Positions 9,650 to 17,645 of a stretch of DNA of 64,000 bases are shown piece after piece. Origin of the DNA: a virus; the IMG/VR virus record IMGVR_UViG_3300009124_000002, positions 55,004 to 119,003 of that record. One strand, written 5' to 3'. The first letter of the stretch is position 1. The number at the start of each line of letters is the position of its first letter. The notes beneath the pieces were generated by a model that saw only the letters and a list, made by a program, of their open reading frames with translations, had not been told where the DNA came from and searched no databases. Both the position numbers and the translations under genes were made by a program.

Positions 9650-11551
9650 TTACGAAATGTAGGCATTCAACTCATAGCGTCCAGATTCCAGACCATAGAC
9701 CTGAAACGAAACAACCTTGCGAGTTGGCTTACCACCCTTTTCAAGTTCAAGAGTGAAGCTGTTTGTCTTGCCAGCAGAAGGCTTGCGAGGACCACTTGAA
9801 ACATTGGTGAACCAGAGGTCTTCGTCAACCTTGTATCCATTTCGAGCAACAAGGTCCAGAACTTCACTCAAGGCAGAAGTGTATGAGTCATGGTAGATCT
9901 CGTAGTCACTCTTGGACTTGCGCTTTTCTTCCAACTCCTCGGTGGACTCTTCAATCTCTTCCTTGACATGACTCACAGAAACAGCACCGATTGCCTCGTA
10001 TTTTTGAACTTCAAGGGGCTTGTCAACACCTTCGACCTTTTCCTCTTCATCATCCGCATCGCTAATGCCCTTGATCATCTTCTTTGCCTTCTCATAGGCA
10101 AGTTTGCGAATCTTCTCACGAAATTCACGACGACGAGCATCGAGTCTTTCAGTCTCTTCAGGAAGGTTATCGACTACTTTGTATCCAGTGGTTGTATCCA
10201 ATGTAGCGAGCATATCATCTTCATCGGGATGATTGTCGTCATCAGCAGCAGCTTCGGCATCAGGGATGGTATCCAAGATGCTGGCAACGATTTCCTCTTC
10301 TTCCTCTTCAGTAAGAGTATCATCAAATTCGCCAAAATCTTCTTTCGTAAAGACGGCTTTAAGAAGTCCCTTAATTCCTCCGCTCTGAGTAGCCTTAAGC
10401 CATTTGATGTATCGCCTCAAACCTTTTTCGTCGAGAACATCAATGTCTTTAATATCTGCCTTAGAACCCACTTTCTTATGAAGAGCCTTTGCTTCATCAC
10501 GTAGCTTTTCAACTTCTGGATCGGCGAAAAGTTTCATCTTACCCTCTTTAAGAGTTTCCTCGCTAATACCCATTCCCTTCAGCGTATCAGTGAGATTCTG
10601 CATCCAGAAACCCAGAGTGTTCTTGGCGAACTTCTTCTTGCTCTTCTCAACTTCTTGGTCGGTCTTGGCTTGATCGGCAACAGCAAAGGAGTGGAAGTAA
10701 TCAAAGGCAGCATCACTGGTATTGAACTTCTTGTTCAGGTCAATCTTTGCCTCTTCCAACTCCTCAGTGGATTCTGAAATGTCTTGCACATCCAACACAT
10801 AGATTTTCGAGTATTTTTTGTGACCCGAATCGACGGCAATATAGAAGTCATCATCATAATCACCTTTTCTGAGATCAGCAACTGCCTTCTCAACTCCATC
10901 ATGAGAAATCGTTAAGACCACATTTGCATCAGGGTGGTTTATGATCTGCTTATCAGTCAACTTGGGCTTCTTCTTACCTTCTCCCAAATCTTCAGTAGAT
11001 TCTTCCAACTCCTCAACTGATTCTTCAACAGAGGCATATCCTTTAGCAGCAGGAACCAAAACTTTATCATAGAAGTTCCTTGCTCCACCGATCCAACCCC
11101 ACCCATCAGTTGACTTCTTGCCACCATGCTTCTTAGCCAAATTGATGAACGCATCAAGACCGGGACCAGAACCCCTATACGATTTCACGGCATCATCAAA
11201 AGAGGGGGGATTGGTAAAGTCTTCATCATCAAAGACTTTGTTTGAAGTCAACCACTTATAGGCATCTTTACCCGAAATCTTTGCTGCCTCTTCCAATTCA
11301 ACGGATTCATTCTTCTCAGGCTTCTCATCATCACCCTTCCAACCAGCATCAATCTCATCAAAGAACTTCTTCTTGTCATCACCCTTAAGTTCAGATGGTG
11401 ATTTCACACCATACTTTTTCAGAGTGTCATTGAAGAACTTCTGATAGGCTTCCTTGTCGCCGGTGGCTTCTTCAATCGCTTCTACAGACTCCCCAGCCAT
11501 GATTCGCTTGGCAGTCTCTGCTAGTTTTTTTGTAAGTTCGTCGTTATACAT
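9650..11551 (-). CDS. Multi-module putative internal head (poly)protein with repeated Glu-rich cleavage linkers
   Basis: 633 aa; modules separated by ESVEAIEEA, ESVELEEA, ESVEELEESTE, ESTEELEEA, ESTEELEE; ATG 5 nt after GATAAATA. Confidence 0.7.
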   Translation of the reverse strand: MYNDELTKKLAETAKRIMAGESVEAIEEATGDKEAYQKFFNDTLKKYGVKSPSELKGDDKKKFFDEIDAGWKGDDEKPEKNESVELEEAAKISGKDAYKWLTSNKVFDDEDFTNPPSFDDAVKSYRGSGPGLDAFINLAKKHGGKKSTDGWGWIGGARNFYDKVLVPAAKGYASVEESVEELEESTEDLGEGKKKPKLTDKQIINHPDANVVLTISHDGVEKAVADLRKGDYDDDFYIAVDSGHKKYSKIYVLDVQDISESTEELEEAKIDLNKKFNTSDAAFDYFHSFAVADQAKTDQEVEKSKKKFAKNTLGFWMQNLTDTLKGMGISEETLKEGKMKLFADPEVEKLRDEAKALHKKVGSKADIKDIDVLDEKGLRRYIKWLKATQSGGIKGLLKAVFTKEDFGEFDDTLTEEEEEEIVASILDTIPDAEAAADDDNHPDEDDMLATLDTTTGYKVVDNLPEETERLDARRREFREKIRKLAYEKAKKMIKGISDADDEEEKVEGVDKPLEVQKYEAIGAVSVSHVKEEIEESTEELEEKRKSKSDYEIYHDSYTSALSEVLDLVARNGYKVDEDLWFTNVSSGPRKPSAGKTNSFTLELEKGGKPTRKVVSFQVYGLESGRYELNAYIS

Positions 11552-11564
11552 GCTACTATTTATC

Positions 11565-12239
11565 TTATTTAAGTTTTGAGAGTTGGATAGTCTTCTTTAC
11601 AGCATCCTTTGGGATATATGAGACTGCATAGTTGCCGGGATCTCTTGGTTCTAGATTGGGGAGCTTCTTGCGATCCAGAACAAGAAGATATCCTTCTCCA
11701 GTGTCACGATATGCCACCAGAGCAAAGCGTCCAGCAAGGTGAACATTATCAGCAACATATGAACCATCAATGTCACTGGTGTTCCCCTTGCCTTTAGATT
11801 TCACTGAACCCTTACGAGTCAGCACATTGTATTCAGCACCAGAGATTCCACGATAAACCTCTGACTTACTGCTCTTGAGTTTGTTGAGTTTGTCTGTGAT
11901 AGCGCGAAGGTCACCTTCTGGTTCCCAGATTAGATGATCTTCTACCTTGGATTCGTTAAGGTCAAATCCTTTATATCCAAGTCTTTTATTCATCAACTTG
12001 ACGGCATCCTTATAGCTCAAGTCTTTTTCTACGTATGCCCATGATGAGCGAATCCCACCACGAACCTTGCCGTCATAATTCTGTTTCAGAACCCAGACAT
12101 AATAACCACCCTCTTCTTTTGGTCTGCCATCAAGTCTACTGTCTCTACCGAATGCATATGTTTTTCCACTTTTTGCTTTTGTGGCAGTCTTCTGATAGAC
12201 AGAGGCTCCTTCAGAAATATATTCAATGAATGTTTTCAT
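11565..12239 (-). CDS. Putative capsid-targeted protein with C-terminal ADP-ribosyltransferase-like domain
   Basis: N-terminus MKTFIEYISE (T4 IP targeting-like); after LNES, EVYRGIS...GSYVADN..LAGRFA...YIPKDAV. Confidence 0.55.
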   Translation of the reverse strand: MKTFIEYISEGASVYQKTATKAKSGKTYAFGRDSRLDGRPKEEGGYYVWVLKQNYDGKVRGGIRSSWAYVEKDLSYKDAVKLMNKRLGYKGFDLNESKVEDHLIWEPEGDLRAITDKLNKLKSSKSEVYRGISGAEYNVLTRKGSVKSKGKGNTSDIDGSYVADNVHLAGRFALVAYRDTGEGYLLVLDRKKLPNLEPRDPGNYAVSYIPKDAVKKTIQLSKLK

Positions 12240-12487
12240 CCACCCTTGTGTTTCTTCCAGAGGTCGGCATCAGTTGTCTTCTGAGTCTTTCCACCAGTGA
12301 CAAATGAATTCACCCTAGCTAAACCCCACTGTTCAGGAGTAGTGCCGGGTCGATGACCAGTTCTCCATGCACCTACACCTCTCTTGTAGACATCCCAGAG
12401 AATATCAAAGGCAATACCAGTTTCCTTTGCCTTATTCTGGACTGCCTTCTTGGGATTTGCTTCTCTGATTTGTCTAAGAGTTTTCAT
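12236..12487 (-). CDS. Conserved small phage protein
   Basis: VYKRGVGAWRTGHRPGTTPEQWGLARVNSF; start moved to MKTLRQIRE. Confidence 0.7.
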   Translation of the reverse strand: MKTLRQIREANPKKAVQNKAKETGIAFDILWDVYKRGVGAWRTGHRPGTTPEQWGLARVNSFVTGGKTQKTTDADLWKKHKGG

Positions 12488-12897
12488 TTTGAAAAAGCAC
12501 GGTCTTGCCAATCATATGAAACCTTGTCATCAGTGATCGGTCCACCTTTTGCCCATGTGGTGCAAGTGCGAGCAGAGTGACACTTGAAGTGATGCATCCA
12601 GCAGTATCCAAGTTCACCATCATCATCAGATGTTTCACCGGGCATACAGTCTTTCATACGAGCACTGATATCAAATGCAACACAATTGGCGCATAGAGAT
12701 TTCTTTGCTGCTTCAACAGAGGTATCCCACTTCTTTGCAATCTTCTCCCAATAGTCACCCGGTTCATCTACATTCAAGGGACCATAGGCAAACTGCTTGG
12801 TTGTGGCATCACGGTTCTTTGTGTTGAGTTTTACATCTTGTGTCGCTGGTGGACAAGGGTGTTCTTTTTCGGTAAGATATTCAGTGAATGATTTCAT
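12484..12897 (-). CDS. Cys-rich putative capsid-targeted protein
   Basis: MKSFTEYLTE N-terminus; CPPATQD, CANCVAF, GYCWMHHFKCHSARTC.TW. Confidence 0.7.
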   Translation of the reverse strand: MKSFTEYLTEKEHPCPPATQDVKLNTKNRDATTKQFAYGPLNVDEPGDYWEKIAKKWDTSVEAAKKSLCANCVAFDISARMKDCMPGETSDDDGELGYCWMHHFKCHSARTCTTWAKGGPITDDKVSYDWQDRAFSK

Positions 12898-14711
12898 TTC
12901 TTTTTCCCATAGAGTTGCTGATACTTCTTTGTGTATTTGGAAGGTTTGGTCTTGGCAGATGCATCACCGGGAGCAGGCTTGTAAGCAGATGGGTCATCTG
13001 TCGCTTTCTTTGTCTGCTTCTTGAAGTGAGATGAGCGACTCTTCTTGGTGCTCTTTGCCATCTCATCGCCCTCTGCATCCTTGGCATAGTAACGGTCTGG
13101 ACCTTGAAGATCGTCTTCTTCTTTTTCTTCTTCCAATCCAGCTTCACGAGGGTTTCGTGTCCTTCGCTCAAGGTATCTGGTGAGGTCAGGAGTAGGAACG
13201 ATCTTCGGGCGAACCCCAAACGAGGGGTTCGCCTTGTTTGTTGCCTTGTCCCTCTTGCCGCTAGAAAGATACTCGAAATGTCTGGGATAAGCCTTTGCCA
13301 GACCTCTGAGTCCCGCTAGTGTAGTGTTCAGGGCAAGTGCAATATCATCGGCATCCACGGTGTTCTCTCGCTGCCAGAGCTTGATCAACTCCCTTGCCAT
13401 CTGCTCCTGCTTCGGGTTTGGAGCAGACTCATTCACCGCAAGATTTGCCAGCTTGTCCTTGAGCCGCATCATCATCCGCCTTTTGGTTCCTGAGACTTCC
13501 AGCCCATACCGACTCCCATAGTCATCCTCCAGCTTCTTGATCAGACTCCGTGCCTGTTCCTTACTCAAGACCAGCTTGCCCCTTTCCAAAGAAAACCAAC
13601 CATCCTCCAGACCCAGAACTTCATGTCCCCATGTGGAGGCAGTGGCATCCAGTTCAGATATCTGGGCGTTGCTCAATTTGACTGTGATGGTTCCTCCTGC
13701 CTTGGGATCAAGTTTTTCTTCAATGGGTTGAAGGTCATCTTCTTTTTCTTCTTCCAATCCAGCTTCACGACGAGCAGAATAGTATGCAGCAAGTGCCATG
13801 TCGATCCTCTTCTTCTTGTCCTTACCCTTGAACTGAGGGGCATCGGACTTCACGAAGTCATCAATCCATGTCTCGACATCTGCCTTGGGATCAAGTTTCT
13901 CTTCAATAGGTTGAAGGTCTTCCAACCAACATTTGAAAGTCACCTTTTCGGCATTCTCACAGACCACAAAATTAGGTTTGCGTTCGACCACTCTGAGTTC
14001 TACACCCGCCTTTGTGACACGATCACCAATATTAAAGATGTTACCCTCAGTGTATTGTTCGCGGATATCACTTACCTTTGGAAGTGCGATGTGTTTTCGA
14101 AAGATAAAGGACTCTTTGAGACCCATACCCTTACGAATGGCATTCAAGAGTTCTTGTACTTCTCCAAAGTTCTTGGGAAGACCAGTGGCGAATAGTTCCA
14201 GATCGTTATCCGCTGCTGCGGCACGCATCTTGGATGCTGACATTCCAGAAACACCCTCTGCATCAGGATCTCTTTCACCAGCAGAGATGACCTGAATACC
14301 ATCCTTGAAGTTGTAGAATCCATCCTTTCTTTCCTTGCCGTTGTATTTGTTCAACAAGACCTTGAACTCATTCACACGGTCAGAACCAGCAACATAGACG
14401 AATTCTGTATACCCTTCCTTGTATGCACGATCAGCAATATGAAGCGCCATCTTGACATTTTTGTCCATGTAGATGTTACGAGCATGTTTTGGAAACATCT
14501 TACGCATGAACTTCACCTTGTCATTATAACTCAGTGGATTCTTCTTTGCGTCCTGTGACTGAGAAGGATAAATCTGGTAATCGTTCTTACCAGCAACCTT
14601 GGCAACCTTATCAATGAGCTTCTGATGCCCAATGGTAGGTGGATTGAAGCGACCAAAGGCAGTCACCAAGGTCTTCTTCTTTTCTTCTGTAAACTGGCTA
14701 AATGATTTCAT
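12894..14711 (-). CDS. HxGH-family nucleotidyltransferase (cytidylyltransferase/NMNAT-like) with appended cargo modules
   Basis: FGRFNPPTIGH, KNPL, VAGSDRV, ISAGERDPD, MSASKMR; N-terminus MKSFSQFTEE. Confidence 0.8.
   Translation of the reverse strand: MKSFSQFTEEKKKTLVTAFGRFNPPTIGHQKLIDKVAKVAGKNDYQIYPSQSQDAKKNPLSYNDKVKFMRKMFPKHARNIYMDKNVKMALHIADRAYKEGYTEFVYVAGSDRVNEFKVLLNKYNGKERKDGFYNFKDGIQVISAGERDPDAEGVSGMSASKMRAAAADNDLELFATGLPKNFGEVQELLNAIRKGMGLKESFIFRKHIALPKVSDIREQYTEGNIFNIGDRVTKAGVELRVVERKPNFVVCENAEKVTFKCWLEDLQPIEEKLDPKADVETWIDDFVKSDAPQFKGKDKKKRIDMALAAYYSARREAGLEEEKEDDLQPIEEKLDPKAGGTITVKLSNAQISELDATASTWGHEVLGLEDGWFSLERGKLVLSKEQARSLIKKLEDDYGSRYGLEVSGTKRRMMMRLKDKLANLAVNESAPNPKQEQMARELIKLWQRENTVDADDIALALNTTLAGLRGLAKAYPRHFEYLSSGKRDKATNKANPSFGVRPKIVPTPDLTRYLERRTRNPREAGLEEEKEEDDLQGPDRYYAKDAEGDEMAKSTKKSRSSHFKKQTKKATDDPSAYKPAPGDASAKTKPSKYTKKYQQLYGKKK
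13117..13919 (-). repeat. Two pairs of direct repeats bounding tandem in-frame cassettes
   Basis: X: 13880-13919 vs 13697-13736 (38/40 identical, DLQPIEEKLDPKA); Y: 13738-13770 vs 13117-13149 (33/33, REAGLEEEKE). Confidence 0.92.
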
Positions 14712-14715
14712 TCTA

Positions 14716-15414
14716 TTATCTAATCTTCTGTTTGAAGATCTTGTAATCCATCTTTTTCACCTTTCCATCCTGTTTATAGTGTACATACAATTTACCACTA
14801 ACAGTTTTTGTGATATCAACAATCTTAACTTCGGCAACACCATCTCTATTTGTTTTCGCTGAAAAGGATTTGATATTCACGGTATCGCCGACTTTAAAAC
14901 CTTCTGTGATGTGCTTCTCCTGTTCAGCTTTCTTCAACTGAGGAAGGAGTTTCTTGGCAATACGATTAATGCCACCCTGCATCTTATCTAGTTTCTTTTC
15001 GATGCGTTCTTGTTCGCCAGCAGAAACTTCAGAACGGTCTCTACCTTTCAACAGCTTGGTGTATAGAAGATCTCTTGCTTTCTTCATGGCACGTTTCTGG
15101 AGTGTTTCGGTTGAAGCCCTCTTCTTCTTCGCCTTCTGAAGAGCACGTTGAATCTTTGCCTTGTTGCGTTTGGCAATCTGCGAACGCTTGATACGTTGTG
15201 CGCGAGTCAGTGCTTCATCCAATTCAGTCTCTTCTTCAATCTCTTCGTTCATCAACCTATCAATCTTGCTCTGAATCATCTTCTTATATCCATCAATTCC
15301 ACCATAGTTCTTGGCAATCTTTGGATCAGGATTCTTGAGGAGTGCTTTCAGATCTGCAATGTCTTCTTGCTTGGATTCGTTAAGTTCGTTTCTGAGTTCT
15401 TTGATTGATTTCAT
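14716..15414 (-). CDS. Modular basic prohead-core-like / internal protein
   Basis: MKSIKELRNELNES; EETELDEA linker, then K/R-rich helix (gp68-like); ITEG, then KOW/SH3-like FKVGDTV domain. Confidence 0.6.
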   Translation of the reverse strand: MKSIKELRNELNESKQEDIADLKALLKNPDPKIAKNYGGIDGYKKMIQSKIDRLMNEEIEEETELDEALTRAQRIKRSQIAKRNKAKIQRALQKAKKKRASTETLQKRAMKKARDLLYTKLLKGRDRSEVSAGEQERIEKKLDKMQGGINRIAKKLLPQLKKAEQEKHITEGFKVGDTVNIKSFSAKTNRDGVAEVKIVDITKTVSGKLYVHYKQDGKVKKMDYKIFKQKIR

Positions 15415-15415
15415 T

Positions 15416-16651
15416 TTAGTGTTCCCATCCTTTGATGATATCTGGTGAAAAATTGTTCATGGAGAATTCCAGTCTATCCACCAGTTTGACTGCTCCACCA
15501 CCGATCTTGTCAATTGCCACAAATCCTTCTTGACCCGTGACACGAAATCCATTCTTCGTGCGAACGAAGGTATCCAGTTTTTTGAGGTCATCAAGTTTTG
15601 CAATGATAAGTTTCTTTGCCACAACTACTGCATTCTGCAATTGAAAAACCAAGTCAAGGTTCTTCTGGTTTTCCGGTGAGAAGAACTTCAGGAACTCATC
15701 CCTTCTCTTCTCAACAGCAGTCTTACCTTTCTCGGTCTTTCTCTTCTCTGCTTCTTTGGCATATTTATCATTGACCCAAGCAATCATGTTCTGGACATGC
15801 TTCTTGGTATTCGTTACCTCTTCACCCCTACGGACATAGGTGTTATTGAATGTCTCAATCGTCTTTGCAAGCTCAGGGTCACCTTCAATCTGACGAAGAG
15901 TAGAACCAGAAATCTTCTGGAAGATCTTACCAGCAGTAGAGAGTGCCTTCTGAACCTTTGCAGTATCACTGGAGTTCAGGAGTGCTTTACCAGAAATGTC
16001 ACGAAGACCAGCATCTTGAAACCAGACACTTGGTGTTTGCTTGAGTTTCGATGCATCCACATCATAGGAAGCAGTCATGGACTCAAAGTCTTTACCTGCA
16101 TATGCAGTATGAAAGACCACACCAAGATTGGCTTTGGAAATCTGTTTACCCAAGGCACTGCTTGCAGGAACCGCATACACAATGGTATTGGGTTGAAAGG
16201 TCAGGTAGGATTCACCATCAATGGTTTCTTTCTTCAGGTCACTCTTCGTGAACATGATGTCCCCTTGAATGACTCCCTTGATACCAAGCTTGGGAAGTTC
16301 AGCAAGGGCAACTTTCATCTTTGCTGCAAGGTCACCAGACATATCTGCATCAATCTCTGCATCTGTCTTGTAGACCTTTGGCTCCTTGTTAAAGATACCC
16401 TTCTTGGCGACAAAGAACTTACCATCTCTTGGATCTTGACCAGCAAAAACAGCAGGAGCACCATCCCACTTCACGGTAATGTCAACCTCCTTGGATGAGT
16501 TACCAGCAAGCATATCTCTCAGAGAACGAAGAGCAAGAATAGCTTGGCGAGCACCAGAGACACCACCATAGATTACCTGATCTTCAATATGAGTCATGTG
16601 GGTATTCTTACCCACTGCTGCTTCGGAAATGAAGTCAAGGAAGGTGGTCAT
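15416..16651 (-). CDS. Putative ATP-dependent ligase-fold nucleotidyltransferase (RNA ligase-like), capsid-targeted
   Basis: KNTHMTHIED, TVKWDGAPA (motif I KxDG), QGDIMF, EGFVA (motif IV), VKLVDRLEFS (motif V); start MTTFLDFISE. Confidence 0.65.
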   Translation of the reverse strand: MTTFLDFISEAAVGKNTHMTHIEDQVIYGGVSGARQAILALRSLRDMLAGNSSKEVDITVKWDGAPAVFAGQDPRDGKFFVAKKGIFNKEPKVYKTDAEIDADMSGDLAAKMKVALAELPKLGIKGVIQGDIMFTKSDLKKETIDGESYLTFQPNTIVYAVPASSALGKQISKANLGVVFHTAYAGKDFESMTASYDVDASKLKQTPSVWFQDAGLRDISGKALLNSSDTAKVQKALSTAGKIFQKISGSTLRQIEGDPELAKTIETFNNTYVRRGEEVTNTKKHVQNMIAWVNDKYAKEAEKRKTEKGKTAVEKRRDEFLKFFSPENQKNLDLVFQLQNAVVVAKKLIIAKLDDLKKLDTFVRTKNGFRVTGQEGFVAIDKIGGGAVKLVDRLEFSMNNFSPDIIKGWEH

Positions 16652-16652
16652 A

Positions 16653-17591
16653 TCACCAAGGGTCTCCACTGAGTTTAAGAGACGATGCCATCTTTTCAGA
16701 TTCGAATTTGAATCGAATCTTCATGATTTTCTTGGGACCAGCCTTTACTCCAATAGACTCATTTCCAATTGGCTCAAGTTCAATATCATTCTTAGAAAAA
16801 GCAGAAAGCTTATCGTTCTTGAGTGGGTCCATTGTTACTGCCTTATATGGTGCCTTTTTACCTTGTCCAGTAACTTTAACATATGGAGGATAAAGAACTT
16901 CAGCGTCCATCCAGTCATCTAAAAGATACTTTTTCAAAGAGGCTTGGTCAAACTGAAGAAGACGCTTTAGGAGGATATCGCGGAACTCTCGCATGGTTGT
17001 GACACCAGCTTCGATTGTCTGCTTTTGGATATCCTTATTGGCGCGGATAAATTGTTTCCTCGCTTTGGTTGAGGGAGGAAGGTCAAGTCGTCGGATAGTA
17101 TCTTCGGTGACATCCTTGAGAGTTGCGGCGAAGGAAGTGTTCAGGCTTCTGTCAATAGTTCCAATGCCGGGATTTTTGAAACCGATATCACCCTTGCTCT
17201 TCGTGGCTTTTGCAGATAGACCAAGAAAACCATTAGCAGGACCATCAGCAAATCGAATAAGAACATCAGTGGGATTCTTCTTCTGGTTGACTTCTTGACC
17301 AACTGCCTTGGTCATTGAGTTTGGTCTTGCGGTCCACCAGACTTGAGTGGGTTTACCTTTATAACCCGCTTTCTTTGCCCATTTAAGAAAATCAACTGCC
17401 ATTGCCTCTGCCTTACCTTTGGCATCTTCAACAGCAGCAGGTGAAGCTTGTTTTATTCTTTCTTCAAACTGCCTTCTTGCATCAGCATCAAACCAGCGAT
17501 TTCCAGCAAGGACGTATCCAACCCAAATTTCATTGATGTCTGCTAGAATTGTGTTGGCAGATTCCGATAGGTATTCTTTAAAAGATAGCAT
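16653..17591 (-). CDS. Putative PD-(D/E)xK nuclease-fold protein, capsid-targeted
   Basis: ADINE helix, NPTDVLIRF...FLGLSAK; start MLSFKEYLSE; first gene after a TATAAATA box. Confidence 0.55.
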   Translation of the reverse strand: MLSFKEYLSESANTILADINEIWVGYVLAGNRWFDADARRQFEERIKQASPAAVEDAKGKAEAMAVDFLKWAKKAGYKGKPTQVWWTARPNSMTKAVGQEVNQKKNPTDVLIRFADGPANGFLGLSAKATKSKGDIGFKNPGIGTIDRSLNTSFAATLKDVTEDTIRRLDLPPSTKARKQFIRANKDIQKQTIEAGVTTMREFRDILLKRLLQFDQASLKKYLLDDWMDAEVLYPPYVKVTGQGKKAPYKAVTMDPLKNDKLSAFSKNDIELEPIGNESIGVKAGPKKIMKIRFKFESEKMASSLKLSGDPW

Positions 17592-17632
17592 AGTTCCCAT
17601 AAATTGCAATTGAATTGTAGCGTTACTGGAAC

Positions 17633-17640
17633 TATTTATA
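17633..17640 (-). promoter_or_regulatory. T4-type late promoter for the internal-protein island
   Basis: Exact TATAAATA on the minus strand. Confidence 0.8.
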
Positions 17641-17645
17641 CAAAT

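Noticed and set aside
13117-13919. Diversity-generating retroelement or IS target-site duplication
   Set aside because: There is no reverse transcriptase or transposase, the repeats are short and nearly identical, and they bound in-frame cargo rather than forming a TR/VR pair.
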